From Dirinaria sp. TL-2023a (lineage: Eukaryota), in contig JAVEBF010000030.1 in the NCBI GenBank assembly GCA_051941275.1, forward strand, positions 1-44,546: 44,546 bases of DNA. The letters are read 5' to 3'. Shown here piece by piece: positions 35,729 to 44,546 of this stretch; the stretch's first letter is position 1; the number at the start of each line of letters is the position of its first letter. A model generated the notes under the pieces. The model saw nothing but the letters and a program-made list of their open reading frames with translations. It was not told the origin of the DNA and did no database searches. A program made the position numbers and the translations under genes.

Positions 35729-37096
35729 ATGACTTCTTGGAAGGAGACATCGCCGGGGCGTTTCGAGCGGCCATTTGACTCGATAGAGAGGTTCTTTCTT
35801 GCTCTAGCACGGCAAAGCCTGCCTCTGAACAGAGAGCATTGGGCTCTCAGCTTTTTTGCGCAATTCGATTTGAAAGCATCACAAGCAGACACTGAGTCCG
35901 CACTGAGACATGCCTGGAAGACAATGCGATATGACCATCCTCAAATTGCGTGTATCGCATGCGAAGATACCAAAATATACGAAGTACCAGATCAACTCGC
36001 CTTGGATGCCTGGTTAGACGAGACTTTCATCGTAACCACAGCATTCTCGACCAAGGATGACTTAATGGCGTCATTTCGTCCGTGTAAAAAGGCAACGCTC
36101 TACTATCTTCCGCATACATCGGAAATTTTGATCCATACTTCGCATTGGCGAATCGATCTCATTGGAATGGCTGCCTTTTTGCAGAATCTATTCAAAGCCG
36201 TGGCCGAGCCTCGTCAAATTCATTTTGGTGACGAAGGAGTCAACCTTTCACCAAGCCGAGACCAAGCTGCCGAGTATGGCTCATTAGATTACATCGGCTC
36301 CTCAGTCCAAGCCAAGCAGAGGGAGGAAGCTGCCACAGACCTTTTCATGCAACTGCTCGTTCCGTCAATAGGCCTCCCAGCGCAGAATCTCGACCTAGCG
36401 CCAGGCCTCACTCGACGATTGGAGCTTGTCCTTGACACCAATACAACGTCTGCAATCGTGCTGGCAAGCAAGCAGCGAGGCTTCACCATCGCCACAGCGT
36501 TTCATGCTGCTCTAATTGTTGCACTGCAAGAAGTAGCCCCTCTATCTCCGTCAACGCCGAGTAACTATGTAACCTTCGGGATATTCAGTGTACGCCCACT
36601 GCTTTTACCCACATCTAATGACGCATCCGCCCATCCAGCAGCAGTGTACATTACGGGTCTGCCACTAGTGCTACAGCTTTCTACTTATATCGATCTTGCT
36701 CTTCAACTCAAGCAATATTACAAGCAGCCCCTACCTCCGTCAGCAAACAGCCATGTCAAAAAAGATATCATTGTCCCTTACACATGCAAAACGGTCGACA
36801 TGATCGATCAGGCCCGACCTGGGGAAGTGCTAGCGCTGAGAGAGCCAATCTTGAGTAGCGCAGGAATCTTAGATAAATATCTAAAGCCCATGCATGGCGA
36901 TATAACAGTCAAAACTTTCGGCATGGGATTGCAGATGACGACAGCACAAATAGCATGTCACCTATGGACTTGGCAGGGCAAGATGACATTGAATGCCTCC
37001 TACAACGAAACCTTTTATGACCAAGGCTTCGTCCAGAGATATTTGGAGCGGGTAATAGAGATAGTCAAAACGGAGCTGGCCGTTCGGATAGTCTGA
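35729..37096 (+). CDS. Tri3-like (trichothecene 15-O-acetyltransferase family) CoA-dependent acyltransferase, intronless, 455 aa
   Basis: WKETSPGRFERPFDSIE, AWKTMRYDHPQIA, catalytic HxxxD in SHWRID, FGDEGVNLSPS, C-terminal WTWQGKMTLNASYNETFYD. Confidence 0.85.
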   Translation: MTSWKETSPGRFERPFDSIERFFLALARQSLPLNREHWALSFFAQFDLKASQADTESALRHAWKTMRYDHPQIACIACEDTKIYEVPDQLALDAWLDETFIVTTAFSTKDDLMASFRPCKKATLYYLPHTSEILIHTSHWRIDLIGMAAFLQNLFKAVAEPRQIHFGDEGVNLSPSRDQAAEYGSLDYIGSSVQAKQREEAATDLFMQLLVPSIGLPAQNLDLAPGLTRRLELVLDTNTTSAIVLASKQRGFTIATAFHAALIVALQEVAPLSPSTPSNYVTFGIFSVRPLLLPTSNDASAHPAAVYITGLPLVLQLSTYIDLALQLKQYYKQPLPPSANSHVKKDIIVPYTCKTVDMIDQARPGEVLALREPILSSAGILDKYLKPMHGDITVKTFGMGLQMTTAQIACHLWTWQGKMTLNASYNETFYDQGFVQRYLERVIEIVKTELAVRIV

Positions 37097-39006
37097 TTGG
37101 TTTTGAGACTACTATATCGAATATTCGTCCCACGGGTTTCCGTTTGTCTGAAAGCGCTGAGAACATTTCGTTAGGCTTAGTCTGCACTCGAGTGCCATTC
37201 TTTCTGAGTATGTCGAAAGTTTTCCAATGTGCCAGTTTCCCATTTTCAAGACGATGGTCTTCTGAAGTTTTCAGCCTCGCAGTTTAACAGAATCTTGGTC
37301 CATCAATTACTTTTTCCTACAGAGCTGCCCTTTGGCCTCTGACACTATAAGGCGGGGTCAAAAGCCTCATGACCCGAAAGTCAGAATGTCAGCGATCTTC
37401 TCGGCTATTGAAATGCCCTGTCTACCGAGCTGAACGATAGAATCTAACCCAGGAGAAATTGGTTTTACGAACCACTCACAGCTCTCTCGAGATGTTGGAA
37501 CTCCGTGTAACTTTAGCTGCCATGATACACGTTAACCTTCTAAGAACGGCAAAGTGCACAATTAGTGATACATACCCATTACGAACTAAAATGTACGCTT
37601 TGATGAAGACCTAAGGTCGGAATTTGCTGTCAATACCCTGTCCTTGTTGGCTACTCCCTCGGCTAGGTGCTGTGCACTCAAATCTGCAGAGTGCAATATA
37701 AGCCTCGGAATCCCGTTCCCCTCGCGATCATTCTTGTACGTCTTGTTTCGAGCCCATCTATAAAACTGCCTCAACACCTCCAACAACATTTCTTAGATAC
37801 GTTGACCAAAACGGTCTAGCTTCTAGACTAGGCAACCTTACCTTAACACCTCTAAGGGTAAATAGTGCCCACAAATGCTTTTTCATAGACTTTAGACAAT
37901 ACATGCTACATACACATACCAATTAGGTGCAATTGACTTGTTGGCGTATAAATCTGACACCATCATCATTGCTTGTGACGCCGGACCCTATATTTTAGTC
38001 TTCATACGCTGGAAATTTTGTTCTGCTTCGTATTGTCCGCTTCGTCTTGACAAAGAAATCCAGCGATGAGATGCATTGTAGAGTCTCAATGCCAGAAATG
38101 TTTTGGCTATGTCGAATAGGGTGACTCAGAAGATAATGTCTCTCGACAGCACTTCTTGGACTCGACCGACGGGCACAACTTCGCATTTCGCGACACACTT
38201 TGAATCTCAAAATATCGTGTATTGCGCTGAGAGGAGCATCGCATGTGAGGAAAAAGGCACGTGAACGATAGATTGTACATAAATGGATATGGCTGGTCAT
38301 CGGAAACCCAGGATCGGACACATTCACGAGAGCTTGGAACAAGATATCAAAGAACCCATGAACCACGTAACTTGTCGTCTGCTTCATCGACAGATCGAGT
38401 CACTCGCAAATCTTTTACAGAATCGATCCGCTTACGCGATGAAGTTCTCAAAAGGCTTGTAGCACGCAACAACCACCTTAAGGTACTTTCGTTTTTGGTG
38501 AGTCTTTGCCAAGTTCGAAAAAGTCGAGTAAATAAAGTCTTACGTAAGTCAGTATGCCAAGCTTTCACTCGATAATGTGATGATGTAATTCAATTTCCCC
38601 TTAACAGTCCACGCCAAGCTTTGTAGACAAACTTAGGTTTACTCAGGGCTGACTCAGGTCTAGTAGAAGAAACAAGCGCTGCTGTATCAACTTTTCTTCA
38701 ATACGATTCTGCCTGCCAGACATCACGAAAATTTGGTTGCTCACTCGTCTAGCGATTATTTTTGGGTTAGTCATAGAGGATGTTGTGTAGACTGGAAGTG
38801 GTTACTTTGTTTATGTGAATTCAACGAGCGTAACCACGGCAGGAGAGTCAAGGTATAATATCTCTTGACTTTCTGGAAAGCGGGAACGGCTTTTTGGACC
38901 TCTGGTCGCCTTTTATTACTCGTAGTCAGGTCGTGATGTGATTTTGAGTCATTTTATTGAGCAAAATGACTTGTGTACTAGTGTTGCAAACACTACATGG
39001 TTCTAC

Positions 39007-40641
39007 TTACTCGACATCTGCAGAAATCAAGGCTCTTAACCCTTTTGACTTTCGACTTGGCAAGGCATTGAAACCGTCGACAGTAATCTTCAAGTCCCGG
39101 TCATAGTTAACTTCGTGCAGACTCAATCGACCTCCAAACCTTCTTACCACGGCAGCAATCGTCAAATATAGTTCAGCCCAAGCGAGGTTGAGTCCGAGAC
39201 ACATACGGGTGCCACCACCAAACACAACCAAGTGCTTGCAACGTTGGCGAACCTCAGGTGAATCGAGTGGCAGCCAGCGTTCAGGCAGAAAATTGTGCGG
39301 CTCCGGGAAGATGTCCGGATTCTCAAGTGTGTCCATCATAGTCATGCCAACGGGGACATTCTTTGGAATAATGACATCGCCGTAGTGGTATGATACGTCT
39401 GGTGAGATCCGCGCTAGGCGATGTGGTACGCTCTTGCTTAGCCGGAGAGCTTCGTGCAGTACAGCGGTCAGGTAAGGGAGCTTTTCAAGCTCTGCGAAGG
39501 TGGGCATAGCTGCAGGGTTAGGAATTGCAGCATTGAGCTCTTGACGAAGTTTTGTTAGACACGTTGGGGAAGTCAGAAGGTAGAAGATGGTAGCATCCAG
39601 GGCAGTTCCAGTTGTCATAGTTCCCGCTCCGGTCAATGCTTGCGCCTCTTCAGTCAAACGAGCCACAGACTTCTCGTGAGGAGGCACATCGGCTTCAAGT
39701 ATAGCGTCGAATATGGTGAACGCGTCTGTAGGTTTCTTGGAACCTGTTGCGTAGCGCTCTACGACCCCTGAAACCCCTCTTGCAAGATCCGCCTTGCGTC
39801 TATTCGCTGCCTGTAGGCCATTTGCTGTGGCTCGCGACGTTATTTGTGGGAAAAGTGCCGTGACTTGGAAAATCCAAGGGAAATGCCGGACGAGGTTGCC
39901 GGTGCGACTTTCAGAGACCATCTGTCTGTACCAGTCTTGAGCAAAGTCTTCCAGCTCCAAACACCCATACGAGTAGCCGAAACAAACTCGAGAGATGATG
40001 TCCAGAGTAAGTGCCACAAAAGCGTGAGTTAGCGATATTACTTTCTTGGTTCCGCTCGCTTCTTCCAACCGAGAGCAAAGCTTGTCAATCTTGCTGGTGA
40101 TGAGAGGTTCGAGGGTTCGTATCGAAGCTTTGGAGAAGAACGAGCTTAGTTGATTGCGTCGCAGCTTATGTAAGTCGTGTCCGATGGTTTTGAATGTAGA
40201 ATTTCGTGTCCACCTAAGGGGCAGCTGTTATCTCGAGACTGGCTGGGGATTTTCTTGACGTGGGCAGGGGCATACGATTGTCTTGCGAGCCACATTGGTT
40301 TGTCAGTCCTCCTCTTCGCTGAGCCAACGTAGAGCACGTCGAAAAAAGCTGGATCGTTGCAATGCACTTCATGAGGATTGATGCGAACGAAAGGTCCTGC
40401 GTCATCAAGATCAGAAACATTCAAATAGGGCTCTAAGACAATACATACCATACTTTTCGTGCAAGTCCCGCAGCTTCCAAGTATATTGCCCTTCGTGCCA
40501 GACATCGTAGAAGAATTCATAGAAGTATGTAAGTGCTGCGAGCTTGGGCCCGGGAAACCTGGCTGCCGGCGCGAAGCAGAGACGGTAGATAATGAGGAGC
40601 GCAAGATAGAGAGCAGCTAGGATGCTCAACAGAGCAAGCAT
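39007..40641 (-). CDS. Cytochrome P450 (CYP58/Tri4-like clan), 3 exons (40641-40449, 40396-40276, 40213-39007), ~506 aa
   Basis: TM anchor then FPGPKLAALTYFYEFFYDV; GPFVRINPHEVH; I-helix AGTMTT; ExxR (EALR); PERW; heme motif FGGGTRMCLG. Confidence 0.93.
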
Positions 40642-41280
40642 GCTTTGAAAATTTAGGCTTAAATCTGAGAGGTCCTGAGAATGATGATCACATTCTTCGT
40701 GACTCGACAATATTAAATCCAACAGGCCATGGGTGCCCGGCATGGAAGTATTTCGGCGAGAAGTTTGCGTGTTTTCTAGTCTGCAATACAGGATTTCTTT
40801 CGATCCATGATCGCCACTCCCCAACCTTTCTCGAGTATTGCAAGATTGTCTTGTCGAATCAAAGCTCTGGCCAGTCATGCAGTCGTCTGACTAAGCCATC
40901 TTTCCATGCGGGAGGATGCAGGATCCCAGCAAAGCGAACTAAGGCGCCGTGAGCTGCCTACAACAGTCCATCCCCAGCATTTGATACTTAAGCATGAAGA
41001 GTTCCAAGTCTCGGTTGACACACCTCGTTCTTGAAATGCTAGAGCGGGCATAGATTGGCGAAATATGCGAGACACTCGAAGCAAGCCAACGACTAATCTA
41101 CCGCGAGATCCTCTTTTGCCTCCTCGCAATACCTTCTATTTAGTGCAGCAGGATGGTCTGTGGAATGGTCTATTACAGCTCTATGATCCCTATAGGGTTT
41201 TCACAGAGTTTTTGAATTGCTAGTAATCTATTATAAGCTCGCAAAAACCTATAAGAGTCATCCGTGCCGGACCTTTGGTT

Positions 41281-42552
41281 TCAAGGTACCTTTTTCATCT
41301 GCAAATCGAAAGCCGGATGGGCAAAGTTCTCCCGCTCTGGAAACATCTTTGTTACCTTCGTCCATGCGACAAAATTGACCAGTCCTACAGCGATACTGTA
41401 GATCGTTCGAAGAATCCAAATGCCCAGACTCGTCTGAGGGTTGAGAAGGTACGGTGCATAGCCGCGTAGTGGTATAACCTGACATTCCTCCACATACGAT
41501 CGAAATCTCTTCTCGTACATCTCAAACGCCGTCACATTCCGATTTCTCGATAGTTCTTGGGCTAGGACCCAAGCACCTATAATTGCCAATTGATTTCCTT
41601 CGCCAGTAAAAGGACTTGGAGCCCAAGCTGCATCACCAACGAGAGCTACCCGGTTCTCGGACCATTTCGGGAGCTTCACCTGCACGAGCTCATCGGAATA
41701 AAAATTGTCGGTCTCCATCATCCCCTCCAGGATCCGAGGAGTTTCCCAGCCTAGGCCACTGTATATATCAGCAAAGGCTTCCTTTTGCTTTCGTCTTTCC
41801 CCAGCAGCATTCGCTCGACGCAAGCTAGGGATATCGTCCGAGAGCTTGATGAATGCTACTGATGTGACCTTGGACGAGCCGTATTCCTTGCCTGTTGGCC
41901 GCGTCCACACAATTCGCCGGCCTGGGAAGTGGCATACACGGGAGTAGGGCCAATCTCGGTCTTGTTTCGGGATGGAGAAGTAAGCAACGAAGGCACCGAC
42001 ACGCTTGAAACAGCCGAGCTTCTCGGGTGAACCCATGACGAGCTGCCTCGTGCGAGACCCTACTCCGTCCGCACCTACAACTAGGTCAAACTCTTCGCTG
42101 GTAATGGCCTTGGTGTTTCTGTTCTCCAGGTCGACGATGGCTTTTTCTGGTGTCTGTCTGATGCTATGGAGTGTTGTCTCGAATCGGTAGGCGACATTGG
42201 CAAGTTCGTTGGCGGCATGATAGAGAACTTCAGTCAGGTCACCGCGCATGAGCTCAAGAGCACCTGTGGGACTGATGCCGTCGCCGGCATCTAGGACGCC
42301 GTAGGAGCGAGCTTGCGCGTCTTCAAGCTTGAAGCCTTTCTCGCCTGTCTTCTTCTCTTGGAGCTTGTCCAGGACGCCCATCGCCTTCACGACTGTCAAT
42401 GCCGGTTCCTCGATCTCAATACCTTGTCCCGCTTTTTGCTCAGATCTTGACCGCTCAATGACGACGACTTGAAAGTCGTTTCTTGCGAGCCAGTAGGCTA
42501 AGATTGAACCTGCTGGACCTGCGCCACAGACGAGAACCCTTTCCGACGGCAT
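41281..42552 (-). CDS. FAD-dependent monooxygenase (FAD_binding_3 / group A type), intronless, 423 aa
   Basis: GAGPAG Rossmann motif, DLVVGADGVGS (DG motif), RVALVGDAA...GEG (GD motif). Confidence 0.92.
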   Translation of the reverse strand: MPSERVLVCGAGPAGSILAYWLARNDFQVVVIERSRSEQKAGQGIEIEEPALTVVKAMGVLDKLQEKKTGEKGFKLEDAQARSYGVLDAGDGISPTGALELMRGDLTEVLYHAANELANVAYRFETTLHSIRQTPEKAIVDLENRNTKAITSEEFDLVVGADGVGSRTRQLVMGSPEKLGCFKRVGAFVAYFSIPKQDRDWPYSRVCHFPGRRIVWTRPTGKEYGSSKVTSVAFIKLSDDIPSLRRANAAGERRKQKEAFADIYSGLGWETPRILEGMMETDNFYSDELVQVKLPKWSENRVALVGDAAWAPSPFTGEGNQLAIIGAWVLAQELSRNRNVTAFEMYEKRFRSYVEECQVIPLRGYAPYLLNPQTSLGIWILRTIYSIAVGLVNFVAWTKVTKMFPERENFAHPAFDLQMKKVP

Positions 42553-44546
42553 TGTACGTGGTAATCCTTGATATAAGTGATTGAGATATCGAATATAGTT
42601 TGAAAATATCTACAGCAGCAGACGATATGTACAATAAATTATGTGCAATAACGATGTACCAGCCTGCGAAGGGATGTTTAAGGTACTTGTGTTTCGAACT
42701 TTTTAGGCTTCAGGAATTTAGCAGGATGTGATTGGCCACAGAAAACTCCGGGAGTACCATTACACCGCAGAGACAGTGTCGTCGGAACAATGTATTTCCG
42801 AGGCCGAGGCAGCAGGATCTTCAAAACCTTGAGTAAGTGTGCAACCGCTACTTAAAGTCTTCGAACCGTGTGCGGTGCATTGATTGACTCAATATACAAT
42901 ATGGGATGCTAATTTTCAAAGCACAGGTTCAATGTATACAGAGACCAATATATGAACCGCAGTAGATCTAGTCGCCTCCCACACGATGGAGGCTGGCATC
43001 TCTATTCTCGACAATCACTGTCGGAGAAGAAATCAACCTCCGATATTTGTTAGATCTTGCAGCGTTGAAGTTCGGAATTTGGTCTTGATACTCGTGACCT
43101 TTTTGTTCTCGCGATCTTCATGCTCTCTCTTCCATCTGCTATGCGGCGGGCACTTCTGGCCCGTACGCGGGGAAGTAGACAGTTCCAATGAGGACAGGAA
43201 CAGAGGAACACCAAGCCGATATTTCGAGCAGAGTCTGCTGCTCCGGGCTTCGTACCTGACCAAGAGCTTCTGTAGCTTTCACAAAATTCTTTATGATGTT
43301 TGGAGAATTGAATAAAGATTTTCATTTAGCATACAGCTAGCAGGAACAACTATCTTAGCGGAGACGTGCGAAACCAGGAGGCCGAGAAGACGCGGACGCT
43401 CTGGAATAGCAGTATCTCTGCGTTGATAAGGCATCGATACAGTATCTCCACGGAACCCATACGACTGATAAGGTGTCTATACTATTCTTCCAGAGCTACC
43501 GCGCCTTCTCAGCCCCATGGGTTTGCATATCCCCGCTCATATATGGAGAAAAGTGGATATTACAGAGCCATAAGACTTCAGAAAAATGTCTTTGTGGCTA
43601 TCGAGATCATTGCTTAGAGCACCGTTCTAATTACGAGGCGGAACTACTCGCACCGACAATGGTCAAGCAACGTTGAGAACGTCAGTGTGAGGAAATGCAT
43701 GAGCGAAGAAAGCGAAATAAGGGAGAAGACCACTTGCCAGTGATAGATATTGATGACGGATCGTGGTTGAGTATAGCAGGGAAAGCGCATAGCAGACGCG
43801 GCCACTTCGTGCCTTCCCTTTTGGTTCGATTCACCAAAACACACCTCAAGTCTCTGTCTCTCTGGTGTTTTCTTTTGGCAAACAAATCTTCAAAGACTGA
43901 AAAGGTTTGGGATTAAACTTCAAAAACTCGATTATGGCGTCTCATACAATCGCTTTCTCCACGACGGCTTTCCCCTCCCCAGTTTCTTCCTCCCCCTCTC
44001 CATCCGTGTCCCTGACCTTGAAGCCTTGGGGCTTAGACCCCAATCATTGGGGCTTTTTATCTGGCTTCGGCGCCATGTAGGCTGCGGGTAATGCTTTTCC
44101 ATCTCCTTCGTTCGAGGGGCAGTTAGGGTTGCCGTGAGCGTCAATCTATATATCTTTTAATGCATGGCTAGTCGTGCTTGGGTTAAGGGATTTTTAATCC
44201 TGCTTAATTCTGTTCCACTAATTGACTTATGACACCAGTTGAAATCAAACTTGAACCTAATCTTTGTTGAATTGTGACGAGAACTCGCGTTGACATGTAC
44301 TCATAGCCCTTATGACTATTTTGGCCTTCCCGACCCTCGTGCAATGGTTGAGGTGTTGGGGACTCGTTCGCCTGTCTCAGGACGACCTCCTCGACCGGGG
44401 GGCAAAGCTGGCTGCTCTTGCAGCAGCAGCCAGGGCCTCAACTAGTCCTCTGGTCGAGGAGGGTCTGGCGGATAGGCTGACTGATGAGGCAGCGGCGGTG
44501 GGGACGGAGTGGGTGAGACGGGAGACTGGGGGTTGGAGTGAATGGT

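Noticed and set aside
37100..39000. Additional cluster gene between the acyltransferase and the P450 (ORFs 37995-38387, 38261-38575)
   Set aside because: No motifs, signal peptide or convincing splice model found.
35729..40641. Trichothecene cluster (TRI3/TRI4 gene symbols)
   Set aside because: Only family-level resemblance; no TRI5 or other TRI genes in the window, so symbols were not assigned.
44300..44546. GC-rich, Pro/Ser-coding stretch at the right edge, possibly the 3' end of a minus-strand gene
   Set aside because: Truncated by the window; frame and product cannot be determined.

Overview
Eukaryotic DNA from a filamentous ascomycete (Pezizomycotina): short GT-AG introns with CTRAY-type branch sites, so many genes are split or missed in the ORF track. 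The left half (1-24 kb) is an accessory-type region. It holds an MFS transporter, a PD-(D/E)XK nuclease-like gene broken by two TGA codons at Trp positions, a small fungal N-terminal-domain gene, a PTH11-like membrane protein, a secreted SnoaL/NTF2-like protein, a stand-alone RNase H, an SprT-like metalloprotease and about 6 kb of decayed, internally duplicated coding sequence. The right half (24.5-42.6 kb) looks like a secondary-metabolite cluster with no NRPS, PKS or terpene synthase in the window. It holds a PTH11-like protein, a 6-exon SAM methyltransferase (absent from the ORF track), two divergent UstYa/DUF3328 oxidases each with two HxxHC motifs, a Tri3-like acyltransferase, a CYP58/Tri4-like P450 and an FAD monooxygenase. 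Between the two DUF3328 genes I found a 49-codon signal-peptide ORF (31858-32007, minus) below the ORF-track cutoff. It is the best candidate precursor of a dikaritin-type fungal RiPP, and it lacks the usual tandem Kex2 repeats. All family calls come from motif recognition by eye, with no database searches.
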